NCBI GenBank assembly: GCA_951406725.2
Contig: OX597827.1
Location: 76,136,001 to 76,200,000, forward strand
From: Octopus vulgaris
Lineage: Eukaryota
Length of the DNA stretch: 64,000 nucleotides
Reading direction: 5' to 3'
This document shows positions 24,451-36,937 of the stretch, one piece after another. A program made the position numbers and the translations under genes. Each line of letters opens with the position of its first letter. Position 1 is the stretch's first letter. A model generated the notes under the pieces. It was not told the DNA's origin. It worked only from the letters and a program-made list of their open reading frames with translations, and did no database searches.

Positions 24451-25351
24451 GAGAGAGAAAGTGGTTGCATGGTAAGAAGACTGCTTCCTAACCACATGGT
24501 TCCAGGTTCAGTCCCACTGTGTGGCATTTTGAGCAAGTGTCTTCTACTATGGCTTCAGGCCAACCAAAGCCTTGTGAGTAGATTTGGTAGATGGAAACTG
24601 GGAGAAGCCCATCATATATATATATATATATATATGTGTGTAATAAATTAAATTAAATTAATAATTATATACATATGTATATTATTATTAATTTAATATA
24701 TAAATTACCTATGAATTTTTATAGCATGCTGACTACCTGATAAAAATCATTAATGTATATTTTATCCTTATATTCTATTATGAATTAATAAATATATGTA
24801 TGTGTGTGTGTGTTTGTCTCCCACCACCACTTGTCAACCAGTGTTGGTGTGTTTACATTCACATTGATTAGCAGTTTGGCAAAAGAGATTGATAGAATAA
24901 TCCCAGGCTTAGTAAAAAAAAAAATGAAGTACTGGGGTTGATTCATTTGACTGAAAATGCTTCAAGGTGGTGCCCCAGCATGGCCGCAGTCTAATGACTG
25001 AGACAAGTATCATGTTCCATTGGATTGGACAGTTTGCCAGAACCGAATGGACATAAAGATAACAGCGTTTGCTTTGCTATGGTTTCTATGGCTGGGTGCT
25101 TTTCTTAAAACCAGCCACTTTGCAATATGTACTGGGTGCCTTTTTCCATGTCACCAGCACTAGTGAGACCACCATACAGTAGTGCTGGTAGTACAGAAAT
25201 GTACCTAGTAGTCAGTGTTAGGGCATCCACATATAGAAAGGTCAGACACTGGGGCATGGTGCAGTCCTTAGGTCCATTGGCCCCTCTCAAACTATCCAAC
25301 CCATGCCAGCATGGAACATTGACATTAAATGTTGATGAGACACACACACAT

Positions 25352-25546
25352 TGGCTTTAAGGGTATCATGAAAGGCCAGGTTGGAGGCCCAACCTTCTGA
25401 GGTCTTTTATAGGGCTTAGAAAAGCTGAAGGACCACAACACTAAATGGATGAATCTGAGAGGGAAATATGTTGAATAAAATCGTAATTAACTGATCCTCC
25501 TGTATTTTCTTTTACCCAAAGCCAGGAACTTTTCAGCACCCCCTTG
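25352..25546 (+). mobile_element. Mariner-derived MITE (family M1)
   Basis: Same internal ...LRGKYVE* remnant and right TIR AAAGCCAGGAACTTTTCAGCACCCCC. Confidence 0.75.
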
Positions 25547-26395
25547 TATATATGCCTCAGAACCCCGCTAGGCACCAATGTCTAAGCATTATCTAAGCCT
25601 AATGAGATTACTTATGAAGAAAAACCAACTAGGTAATCCCCACAAACACTTTCCACTTTACTAGAATGAAGAACAAGACCAAGATATAAGAAATTCACAA
25701 TCAAGCATAACAAATGTGGTTTTCCAACATCAGCTGCCAAACAGATATCACTATGATTTCAACACACATATATATGAGAAAGAGAAAGAGAATATGTTTA
25801 TAAATATGTGTGAGGTTAAGTACAATAACAAGTGTTAAGGCGAAGACCAAAGCCATATGAAAACTGCATTAGTTGCTGAGATGAAGGACAGTGGCTGGTG
25901 GCTAAACCTGCCCATCTCATGCCACCATGTTTCAGTCATTAGGTTGTGGTCATGCTGGGAGACCACCTTAAAGAGTTTTCAGTTGAATGAATCAATCCCA
26001 GTACTGTTTTTTTGTTTTTCTAGCCTAGCGCTTATTCTTCAGTCTCTTTTGCCAAACGGCTAAGTTATAGGGACATAACTAAATGGCCCTTGGGCTAACT
26101 AGTGAGGCACTCTTCTGCATTCTAAACCAAAATGAAAGGTTGTATCAGACAACATAATCTTATCTTTGCTACGCCTGAGAAAATGTTGGAAATGTCATAA
26201 TTGAGATACTTTTGGTCGTTGATCATAGCTCTTTTCAGTTTGAGCTGACCTGGGGCTAAATATGAACAACAAAGATATGAGCCTTTACGTGCTAGAAGCA
26301 ACTACCAAATCTCCTTATCAACCAGACAGTCACACTTGGCTTAAATAAGCAGCATAAAAGAACACAGCTTTGCTCATCTCCTTTCTTAATCGTAA

Positions 26396-26984
26396 CCTTT
26401 TAGTTTTTAAACTGACCGCATCCAGCCAGAATATTCTACCTGTTTTATATTCACACCAGCCAGATCTGGTTTCTCACACCTACCCTACAATGTCATTCTC
26501 GAAATAAACAATCACATCATAAAAAACCTTAAAGCTATGAGATAATGCATAATCAGTTGAAAACAATGTGAATAAGAGCACTTAGAGAGTACAAACCTCC
26601 ACCAAGGCAACACCAACGTCCTCTCAACAATTAGCCAGAGATGATTTTTAAAATGAGATTATCTGAAATAAATTTGATTGCTCTCACAAAAAAGAATACT
26701 AAAAATACCTGACTGTTCTCAACAATTAAGTAAAAGAAAAACGGAAAAATCAGTCAAGATTCCTTGTCCAGTACTGGATCGGTCCCAAAATCTAATCAGT
26801 TTGTGCCAGTCATGAGGCCAAACATCCCTGAAAGTTTCATCCGAATCCATCCAGTGGTTCTTGAGATATCTTGTCCAGGGACAAACAAACAAATACAAGT
26901 GAAAACAATACCTCTGCCTTTGCTAAAACAGAGGTCATAAATACACATTATTACATTTGACAGAGTAATCTGAATGCTAAAGGG
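26396..26984. mobile_element. piggyBac-type MITE (same family as 62245-62465) interrupted by a nested insertion
   Basis: Segments 26396-26572 and 26940-26984 are the reverse complement of the 62.2-kb element; right end AATGCTAAAGGG. Confidence 0.7.
26573..26939 (+). mobile_element. HINE/DINE-1-like (Helentron-associated) non-autonomous element
   Basis: Subterminal motif ACCTCCACCAAGGC, internal (ACAA)n, and terminal hairpin ACCTCTG...CAGAGGT; splits the host MITE at an A-rich site. Confidence 0.55.
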
Positions 26985-28140
26985 TTGAATACTGAGGTTT
27001 TTTCTCCTTTTCAGGTCTTACCCCTGGTGTTTGCTCCTGGTTCATGTTTGTCAGTATCTGGAGGTCTTCGTTGTATTTGGTAGCATGTGGCCCGCGCCTG
27101 GTGGTCAGAGCATCCAACTCACAATCATATGGTGATGGGACAACATGTCCACTGTGTCAGCCAGTCTTAATTGTAGCCAGTTGATTTCAATTATAATCTG
27201 TACTGTGTTTGGGGCAGGCATGAAAATCACAGCTTCACATGAGAGTATACACGCCTGACTTGGTAGAAAATCAGTCATGATGATGATGATAATGGTGGTG
27301 TTGGTAGCAGTGGTGGAGGCAATGATTGTGGTGGTGGTGGTGATTTTGATGCCCTCTGCCCCAGTGATGATGATGGTGGTTATTAATTTTGCCACTAAAA
27401 ACAATTATAAAGAAAAACAAACAATAACAATAAGCAATAATTTATTAATTAGGCATGAAGCCTAAGGTGAGAAGAGTTAGAATTAGAGTGTCTTAGAGAC
27501 ATTAAATATGGAGAGAGAGAGAAAAAAAACAATAAAGAAAAGGAAAACAAGAAATAAAAATTAAATTTTTTAAAAAATGGGGGAGAAAGAGAAATCGGAA
27601 GAAAATCTGGAAAAAAACCCCAATGGTGGTGGTGGTGGTGGTGGTGGGCAGTGATGGTGGTTGTGGCAGTGGCAGGCATTGGCTGGTGGTGGTGGTGGCA
27701 GGAACAGGCGAGAAGATGGGTAGATGTGGGGGGGGTGCAGTTATTGAAGAAAATTTTTAATGAGATAATAATAATTAAATGAAACGACACATTTCATGAC
27801 ACAGCAGATTAGATGAGCTATTAATTAGCATGTTTTTATGTTTGTTTAGTTTCAGTTTTATTTTAATCTGCAGTTAATTCTAATCTAGCCATCTTCTCAT
27901 CACCCTGCAGCCATCCACCCCACACACATCTTTCTCTCTTCCCCTCTCTCTCTCTCTCTTCTTCCTCCTCTCTCCCATACACATTGTATTTACTAATGGT
28001 TTGGTAGCATTTGTAAGAAATAGGAAAATAGGAATTTAATTTTTAAGTCTAAAGAGAAAAAGAAAATTTTCTGTTTCATTTTTTAAAAAATTATTGTTTT
28101 CTTTTTTCAGTCTAAGAGTCCCATCTATTACATGACCGGC

Positions 28141-28606
28141 TATTATTATTATTATTATTATTACTACTACTACTACTACTACTACTACTATTATTATTAT
28201 TATTACTGAGTGAGGGAGCAGTGCATACACCATCAAAGTGATACTGGGGTACAAATATACAAAGCCCAGTATTCCCATCATGACTACCCGTCTGATAAGG
28301 GTATACCAGGCACATGCATCACAACCATATGTGCGTGCCATGATGATCTCATATCAAGATAAACAATGCATGACCTTGCAGGTGGGGCCCAGTTAGAATT
28401 TTCTTCAGATTGTGTTGCCCATCCCACTCAAAAGATTCCTTATTATTCAGGGTGTACATGAATGTTTTCAATTCAAACCCAGTGTCCTTGATTCTGGGTT
28501 GTAACCAATTCTCTTAGATATCAAGAAACTTTCTGACAATCCTTGCTGCTCCCAACAGAGAAGATTTCTGAATGAACACAACTCTTGTAGTTACACCAAT
28601 CTCAAT
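28141..28606 (-). mobile_element. R4/Dong-clade-like LINE 3' fragment with adjacent (TAA)n-tailed segment
   Basis: 28606-28514 translates to IEIGVTTRVVFIQKSSLLGAARIVRKFLDI*, matching the QK-x2-LLG(T/A)ARI-x-RK C-terminal motif of restriction-like-endonuclease LINEs. Downstream sequence ends in a (TAA/TAG)n array. Confidence 0.6.
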
Positions 28607-29528
28607 AAAGTGGCACTCCATCGGTTATAATAATGAGGGTTCCAGTTGATCCAATCAATGGAACGGCCTGCTCGCAAAATTGACCTGCATGTGGCTGAGC
28701 ACTCCACAGACACATGTATCCTTAACATAATTCCCTGAGAGATTCAGCGTGACACAGAGTGTAACAAGGTTGGCCTTTTGTAATACAAGTACTCCTCATT
28801 TTCGGTAGCTGAGTGAACTGGATTAATGTGAAAGGAAGTGAAATAAAGATGGCATACTGGAGTCGATCTAATCGACTGCCCCTAAAATTTCGGGCCTTGT
28901 GCCTAGAGTAGAAAAGAATATCAACTTCACCTATGATCCTTTTAATATGGCAAGAGTATAGAGCTACGACATGTGGCAACAAACTGTAGAAAGAAAGAGT
29001 TGGGAACATTTGCTGCTGAGGAGACTGGACTCTAAAAATAGAACCAAATCGACTTAACTACAATCTCTGTTTCATTTGTTTCACATCTGTTTTTTTTTAT
29101 CTTGATCTTCTATCTTTTACTTGTTTCAGTAATTAGACTGTGGCCATGCTAGAGCACCACCTTGAAGAATTCTTATTTGAATGAATCAATCCCAGTACTT
29201 TTTTATATTTTTTTTTAGCCTAGTACTTATTTTATTGGCTTCTTTTGCCAAACTCCTGAGTTATAGGCAGGTTTTCTGTGGTGAGATGCCTTTCCTGTTA
29301 CCAATCCTCACCTGTTTCAAAGCAAGGTAAATTTTGTCCCTTGGCTGCTAATGTTCGCATGGAAGATAGGAAACAAAAGACAGTGCTTGTGTGACACACA
29401 CATTATCATCATCATCATCATCATCATCACCACATATAAATATATGTACATGATAGGCTTCTGTTAGTTTCCATTTACCAAATCCATTCACAAGGCTTTG
29501 GACAGCCCAGGGCGATAATAGAAATCAG

Positions 29529-30325
29529 AGTGGTGAACAGGCAACAATGAGCAGTGCTATTGGTGAATGGTTAACACAGAACAGCGTTGATGGTAAACAA
29601 TTAACACTGAGTAGTGCTGGTAAACAGACACCAATAAGCAGTGGTGTTGGTGAACAGTTGACATTGAGTAATGCTGGTTGTGAACAGACAACACTGAAAG
29701 GTTTGGTAGTAAATAGTTAACACTGAGCAATGTTGATGATGGACAATTTATACAAAGCAATGTTAGTGGTGAACAATTAACGCTGAACAGCATTGATGGT
29801 GAGTACTCAACAGTTGTAGTGGTAATGGTGGTAAATAGTTAACAATGAGCAATGCTAGTAGTGAACGATTAACACTGAACAGTGTTGGTGAAGGAGAAAT
29901 AATTCTGAGCAATGTTAGTGGTGAACAGTTAACACTATGCAGTGTTGGTGGTAAATAGTTGCTACTAAGCAGTGTGAACAGAGAACAGTTAACAACGAGC
30001 AGTGTTGGTGGTGAACAGACAATATTGAGCAACGTTGGCGGTGAATTGTTAACACTGAGCAGTATTGGTGAACAGATAATACAAGGCAGTGTTGGTGGTG
30101 AACAGTTCATTCAGAGTGGTGTTGGTAGTGAACAACTAACACTGAACAGCATTGGTGGTGAGTATTTAACACTGAGCAGTGGTCGTGAACAATTAACACT
30201 GAACAATGTTAATGACGAACAGTTAACAATAAGCAGTGCTGGTAGTGAACAGTGTTAATGGTGAAGAGGTAATGCTGAGTGTTCAATGTGGATGGTTAAC
30301 ACAGAAGTGTTGGTGGAGAACAAAC
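29529..30325. repeat. 30-bp minisatellite (~26 degenerate copies)
   Basis: Unit consensus AGTGTTGGTGGTGAACAGTTAACACTGAGC. Confidence 0.9.
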
Positions 30326-30404
30326 AACCTGGGCATTTGTACAAGCGGACATTGTAACAAATAAAAGAATGTTATCTCCAATAAAATTAAATACAATGAA
30401 AATA

Positions 30405-30730
30405 TTTCGTTTTTGGATTTGGTTTGCAAGATTCTTTATATGAGTTTGTGTGTTGAAGCATATTCTGTTGTGTCTGAGGAGAGTGTTTCTCTTTTTGTGC
30501 CTTATAATGTAACACACTCACCGGTAAAATTTCCACTTTTTTCTTATTTTTATTTTCCTAAAATTTTCGTTGTGTCTTGCAACCTTTTCAAAAGAGTCAA
30601 AACTACTGAAAAGGTTGCAAGATGCAACGAAAATTTTAGGGAAATAAAAATAAGAAAAAAGTGGAAATTTTACCGGTGAGTGTGTTACATTATAAGGCAC
30701 AAAAAGAAAATGACTCTCCCCAGACACAAC
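30405..30730 (-). mobile_element. Fold-back insertion with TSD and hammerhead-like motif (Penelope-like)
   Basis: ~125-bp near-perfect inverted arms (30466-30590 and 30607-30731), a 16-nt loop, and a 60-bp one-sided tail. TSD ACAATGAAAATA at 30393-30404 and 30731-30742. Confidence 0.7.
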
Positions 30731-31526
30731 ACAATGAAAATAGTTTTACTAATTGTAGTGAATGAAACTGAGGAGCTCCATATTGGTTGGCCCCCAGGAA
30801 ATAAAAACGTGGGAGATGTGTTTTATGAGGGATAATGCTTTTTTCTGCAAGAAATAAAGTAGGAAATTATTTACCTTTCTTTAACTAAAATACTGATGGC
30901 TTCCAGGTCATTGCACAAGAACTGTTGAAAGAAATCGTAGCCAATGTGTGACTCAATATGTGTTCTGTTAACCAAGCTGGAGCATATGGAAGCATGTTTC
31001 TGGTGTCTAATACAAAAGAAGAGTGGAGGTGACAGGTGAAGTTGATGTATCGCTCACCTGTGCTTTGGCTGTTGCCGTAATGTACAGAATGATGTGACTC
31101 AAGGGTTATCACCATGGACATTTCTAATGATGCTGAGCCTTGGCTTTTAGTTAAGAGATAAAATGGAAAAAAAAACCTGTGGTCAGGTAGATATGGAGGT
31201 CTTGATGACCAGTGTTGATTCACAATTATTCTGGAGTTGTAGCTTATTATAGGTGTAAAAAAGAAAACTAAATTGACTGCTAGGGAAAGGTTAAAAAAGC
31301 AAACAGTCTTACTATGAGACAGTAAGATCCCTTTGCAGAAGAAAGACAATAATAGACAATAACAGAGGCAGCAACAATAACAAGTTACAAAATGTAGTTT
31401 ATTGTGTTTAGAACACCAATGGTCACTGCTTCAGGGATGGAGGCAAATATTGCTTTGTTCTCAGGACCAGAAAATTGAAAGTCCCCATCATCTAGTTTTA
31501 TCCAATTGCCTTGTAAAAATGGGGAG

Positions 31527-31582
<56 letters not shown>

Positions 31583-31656
31583 TGTTTCTGTTGTTGTTAT
31601 ATATATAGATATACAGATAGACAGATAGATAGATAGATAGATGAATAGATAGATAA

Positions 31657-31689
<33 letters not shown>

Positions 31690-31762
31690 GAAAGAGAGAG
31701 AGAGAGATAGACAGACAGACAGACAGACAGAGGCAAACAGACAGATAATGAGAGAGAGACAT
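31527..31762. repeat. (TTA)n + (GATA)n/(GACA)n microsatellites
   Basis: Direct inspection. Confidence 0.9.
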
Positions 31763-32239
31763 AGGTAGGATAATAATTACTTCAGGACTTATATAAACCC
31801 AGTACTACCTGTCACATGGTTGAGTGATCAATGACTAAACTGGTCCGGCCATTTGATTCATTCCACCAGGAGAGTGTTGCGGAAATCTGGTAGGTTTAAA
31901 AGCATGGCCTGTCACAGGGTGGCTGAGCTTCTTAAAGTTAATTGCCATCTACAAGTCCATTGGGTAACAGCAATAGAGAAGCCTCGTAGGAAGAAGACCC
32001 AGTCTTATAACAACTGCCATCTGGTATCAAGCTTGCTCTTTAGGTAGCTCTGCTACTTTGCTGCACCCGTAAGATGTCCCCTCGTCATGGTCTCCGTGTC
32101 AGAGGATTGATAGAGTTCGGGAAACAGAGACTGGAGATGGCTCACCACTGGAACTGGGTACAGCTGTTTGGATACTGGGAATATGGCCTGGTTGACTGGA
32201 CATTCAGCCTGTTTTGGTGACAGTCCTTTGTAGAGCTGG

Positions 32240-32270
<31 letters not shown>

Positions 32271-33629
32271 AATATACACATACAGATAGAATGAAAGAGA
32301 GACATTACAATGTATTGATTGAATATTATTGACATAAAATACTTGCCCTCTCCTCATACATATAAAAAGAAATATGATCACATAATATACAGGGAGAGAG
32401 AGAGAGAGAGAGAGAAGTGTTGCAGTGATTGAAACCAAATTACTAGGAAGCCAAGCAGACATCACAAACAAGCCACAGTAGTTTCACGTGATCTGCCTGT
32501 TCAGCAACCAATCAGCATCAAGCCATTGTAGGATTGAATTTTCTGGACCCTTTTCATTGTGCCCTATATGAAGGTGTCTTTTGGGGATAATCACGGAATT
32601 TTGAGGCAGCCTCGCAACGTCTCCATTCTCATCACATTCAGCTGATTAAGACAGATGGCAGTTAGTAGACAGGGATTTTTGTCACCATGAATATAGTGTG
32701 GGTTCTTTGCCAGTTGAGATGAGTCAGCTACAGATTGTCATGTTGGTTAACTTGTCACAGACCCCAAGCAGTATGTCTTTCCTGGTGTATTTATTGCTGT
32801 TAGTATTTGCAAAAGATAAACACATAAGATACCATGTTGTGCAGTAATAAGATATTCTGTAATAAAATTGTCTGTGAGTGTTGTTAGTTACTCATTGATG
32901 CAGTCTGAAAAATACATTTTCATTTGCTGACTCAACAGCCACCAAAACAGCATCTGAAGAATGCCAAACACCACTCCTGACTAAAGGAGCCTTAAAACAA
33001 AGCATTCAAATGCCTGGTGTTGCATAAGTTGGTTGCTGTCGCATCAGCAATGCTAAAATGGCAGTACCAGAACAGAAGTGTCAAAACGTCTTGTATCCAC
33101 TCTTCACAAACAACCTTCATTTCTGTCTATTCTCCTGTGAACGTCCTTCAAACAGACAACAACCTAAGCATTTCAAGAAAGTTAACAATTAAAGGTAAGT
33201 GACAACTGGAACAGGTGGGGCATGCTACTGGGAGCCTTCAACCATAAACCACCATGATAGGGGCAAAGGTGTAACAGTTGCAAAGGGTTAAGAGAGATAC
33301 AGTCAACTTTGGTTCCGCCTTTATGATGAAGCAGCCCTTTCCAGGAATGACTTGCTTCCTTCAGTCTAAGGGAGGAAATACATTTTACTTGTATCAGTCA
33401 TTGGATTACAGCCATGCTGAGCCCTGCCTTGAAGGCTTTAGTAAAACAAATCAACCTTAGAACCTTTTTTTTGTAAAGCCAGGTACTTATTCTATCAGTG
33501 TCTTTTTGCCAAACCACTAAGTTACAGATGTATAACCAAACCAAGTGGTAATGGAGAAAAAATGCATACATAAAGACACACACAAATAGGTTTATACATA
33601 CATACATACATACATTTTTTTCTTTTTTC

Positions 33630-34007
33630 TGGCACTCCGTTGGTTATGATGACAAGGGTTCCAGTTGATCCGATCAATGGAAGAGCCTGCTCATGAAATT
33701 AACGTGCAAGTGGCTGAGCACTCCACAGATACTTGAACTCTTAATGTAGTTATCAGGGAGATTCAATATGACACAGAGTGTGACAAGGCTGGACCTTTGA
33801 ATTACAGGTACAACTGAAATAGGAGTAAGGAGTGAGAGAAAGTTGTGGTGAAAGAGTACAGCAGGGTTCACCACCAGCCCATGTCCAAGCCTCGTGGAGC
33901 TTTAGGTGTTTTCACTCAATAAACACTTGCAACACCCGGCCTGGGAATTAAAACCACAATCGTATGACTGCGAGTCCGCTGCCTTAATCACTGGGCCATT
34001 GCACCTC
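33630..34007 (-). mobile_element. SINE family C
   Basis: Reverse-complement match to 49689-50065 along its whole length. Confidence 0.85.
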
Positions 34008-34164
34008 CACACATACATACATACAAGTATATAGAATACACTTTGTAGTGCTCCAGAGGTTTATACTTGCGCAGGTAGAGAGGTAAGTTTAGGGATAAGC
34101 AAGTTAGGCAGGTCGATACACAAAGTATATCAAATACAATAAAAAAAATAACATGTTTATGTAC

Positions 34165-34500
34165 ATAGGTGCAGGCATGGCTGTGTGGTAAGTAGCTTGC
34201 TTTCTGACCACAAGGTTCTGGGTTCAGTCTCACTGCATGACACCTTGGGCAAGTGTCTTCTACTACAGCCTCAGGCCAACCAAAACCTTGGTAGATGGAA
34301 ACTGAAAGAAGCCCACAATGTGTGTCTTTGTGTCTGTGTTTATTCTCCCACCATTGCTTGACAACAAATGTTGGTGTGTTTATGTCCTCGCAACTTAGCA
34401 GTTTGGCAAAAGTGACTGAGAAAATAAGTACTAGAGTCGATTTATTGGACTAAAGGCGGTGCTCCAGCATGGCCACAGTCAAATGACAAACAAATAAAAG
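34165..34500 (+). mobile_element. SINE family A
   Basis: Diverged full-length copy. Confidence 0.8.
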
Positions 34501-34583
34501 AAAAAAAAGCTACAAAAAGGTCCAACTTACACAGAATAGAAATGACATCAAGAATTAAAGGGGCTGAAGGAGATTATTAAAAA

Positions 34584-34675
34584 CCCAACAGCTGTTTCTG
34601 GGGGATCGGTGGTCCAAAATAATGATTGTAAATTGATTCCATCATCGGATGATACGAGCCTCCGTCTTCAGGGAA
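34584..34675 (-). ncRNA. Minimal type-I hammerhead motif (partly decayed stem II)
   Basis: Minus strand: TTCC-CTGAAGA-CGGAGGCTCG...CGATCCCCCA-GAAA-CAGCTG-TT-GGG. Palindromic stem III; stem II has 7 of 10 pairs. Confidence 0.6.
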
Positions 34676-34954
34676 GAAATCTTACATTTGAGGTGCTGAC
34701 AGAAAGATTAAAGTTGGAATGATTTTGTGGAGAGCTCAGTGTATTAGAGGAGGAATTGGGGAGTTATTCAGACAGAGAATCATATATACATATATATATA
34801 TATATCATATTTCTTTCCATGACCTTTATCATCTATGTTCCTGCCGTAAGGCTTTACTTCTACACACGCCAGCTTAATATAATTTTCTTTTAAACATATA
34901 ATTAGATCACAAAAAGTATAAAAATGAATAATCAATATATAATAAGTAAAAAAA

Positions 34955-35054
34955 AACTACATATGTTTCATGGCTATAATTAAATTGGAATTACAATTAA
35001 ATTAGATTTAATCAAAAATCAATTCAATTTAAAATTATAGTCACTCTTCAGGTT
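34955..35054 (-). ncRNA. Minimal type-I hammerhead motif (same family as 8423-8526)
   Basis: Minus strand: AAC-CTGAAGA-GTGACTATAAT...ATTATAGCCAT-GAAA-CATATG-TA-GTT. The terminus GTGGTTTTTTTCTAATTTATATA at about 35400 matches the 8.2-8.7 kb element. Confidence 0.75.
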
Positions 35055-35425
35055 AACAATAATAACAATAATAGTTAAATAAACAAATAAATTTAAACAA
35101 TATTTATTGCAAAAAATAAAATAATTAAAATAATGATTTTTCTTGTAGAAGAAAGACTATTAACTAAATTTGAAACTTAAAATATTAGGACCAGTTGCCT
35201 ACTACACATTTATTATGTTAAATATTTACAGTAAAAAAATAGAGTAAATAGATAGAAAAATGTATTTATCTGTGAAGATATAAATTAGCTTAATAAAAAA
35301 AAATTAATAAACTATAGAATACATTTAACCTAGTTATACTCAAATATTTAATTATCAAACTATTTAACAAAACAATCACTCTTAATATTAATATTAATAG
35401 TGGTTTTTTTCTAATTTATATATTA

Positions 35426-35474
<49 letters not shown>

Positions 35475-35511
35475 ATCTATCTATCTATCTATCTATATAT
35501 ATATATATATC

Positions 35512-35681
35512 TTAATATACACAATTACAAAAGAGCTGCTAACAGTTTCATGCTTTAAGATATGTTCAATTTTCAGATTTATATAACATGTGATGTATCT
35601 CCAAGCAATATTTTAGGCTCAGTTCTTAATGTATCTCAAAGCATGAAACTATTGACTTCGCTTTGTAATTGTGTATATTAA
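35512..35681. repeat. Fold-back (45-bp inverted arms), Penelope-like remnant
   Basis: TTAATATACACAATTACAAA...AGTTTCATGCTTT versus AAAGCATGAAACT...TTTGTAATTGTGTATATTAA, next to (TA)n. Confidence 0.6.
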
Positions 35682-35778
35682 ATGATATTTATCTCTAACA
35701 GGAGAAAATACTTTCTTTCATTGACCCTTACCTATAATAGAACTTTTAGTTATATATGTATATATTATATATATTATA

Positions 35779-36030
35779 TTGGGTTGGTGCATAATTATTG
35801 TGGCTTTTTTTCAACAAATTTTATTCAACAAAAACAATAAGAACATGTAACAAAAACATCTTTAAGTGATTATTCCGGAGCATATTCACCATCTACTTCA
35901 ATTACTGCTTCCCATTTGCTTGGCAGCTGATCAGACCATCATTTAAAAGTGTTTTTGTTAAATATTGTTATTGTTTTTGTTGAATAAAATTTGTTGAAAA
36001 AAAAGCCGCAATAATCATGCAACCACCCAA
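35779..36030 (-). mobile_element. Mariner MITE with Hsmar1-like TIRs
   Basis: TIR TTGGGTTGGTGCATAATTATTGTGGC resembles Hsmar1/MADE1 TTAGGTTGGTGCAAAAGTAATTGCGG. Arms of about 75 bp. The minus-strand interior encodes DQLPSKWEAVIEVDGEYAPE* (transposase C-terminus). Confidence 0.8.
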
Positions 36031-36118
36031 TTTATATATAACATGATATAAGAAAAATAAGAAAATAGAGATAAATCAATTAATAATTATATTTATTAAT
36101 TAAAAAAAGAGATATAAT

Positions 36119-36198
36119 CCCTACAGCTATTTTGATTCAGACTTTAAAGATTTTAATTAAAATAATTAACTCATTATAAAGTAGACTCTCGTCGGGGG
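36119..36198 (-). ncRNA. Decayed minimal hammerhead motif
   Basis: Minus strand: CCC-CCGACGA-GAGTCTACTTTA...TAAAGTCTGAATC-AAAA-TAGCTG-TA-GGG. Core positions U4 and G12 are mutated. Confidence 0.45.
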
Positions 36199-36266
36199 TA
36201 GAAAAAGAGATATACCATTACATTTTTATGTGTTAAGTGTATGAGGCCTATTTAACTTCTAATTGA

Positions 36267-36309
<43 letters not shown>

Positions 36310-36694
36310 ATTTGATTCTCTGTCTGAAGGATTTCTAGTAGAAGATATCTTACATGTGTCTCCTACATGTACAAGTTTGTAACTCCTATTAGCAAATGGA
36401 ACATGTGTAATGATGAATAAATTATACCAAAAATTTTTTTCCAGTCTCCTGTTTTGATCCTTTAAAAAAATGTTTCAGTCTGAAAGCTGCGGTCATACTG
36501 GGGCACCACCAGTGACTGTGCTACACTAGTATGTGAAACCACCTCTGATACGTGACACTTGGTCAAGAAGGGAGTTCGACACCGCTGCCCGCATCTGTGT
36601 TTCCTGCCGCGAGGTAGGTTCATCTGGAACCCCTGACAAGAAGAGATCGAGTTTAGTTTTAAAGTAAACCATATATGTGTAAGTGTATGTATGT

Positions 36695-36711
36695 ATACAC
36701 TACATAGGTCT

Positions 36712-36754
<43 letters not shown>

Positions 36755-36902
36755 TGTGTGTGTGTAAGTGCGTGTGTATATACATACATATATAAATAAA
36801 TATATATATGTATCATCATTTAATATCTGTTGTCCTTGCTGGCATGGGTTGGACAGTTTGACCACTGGCACGCTGGAAGGCCACACCAATCTCCAGTCTG
36901 AT

Positions 36903-36937
<35 letters not shown>

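Noticed and set aside
29529-30325. CRISPR-like appearance of the 30-bp repeat
   Set aside because: No unique spacers, units are contiguous and degenerate, the context is eukaryotic, and no cas genes are present.
31385-31509. Possible minus-strand terminal exon (GNWIKLDDGDFQFSGPENKAIFASIPEAVTIGVLNTINYIL)
   Set aside because: Weak AAG acceptor, no recognisable domain and no partner exons found.
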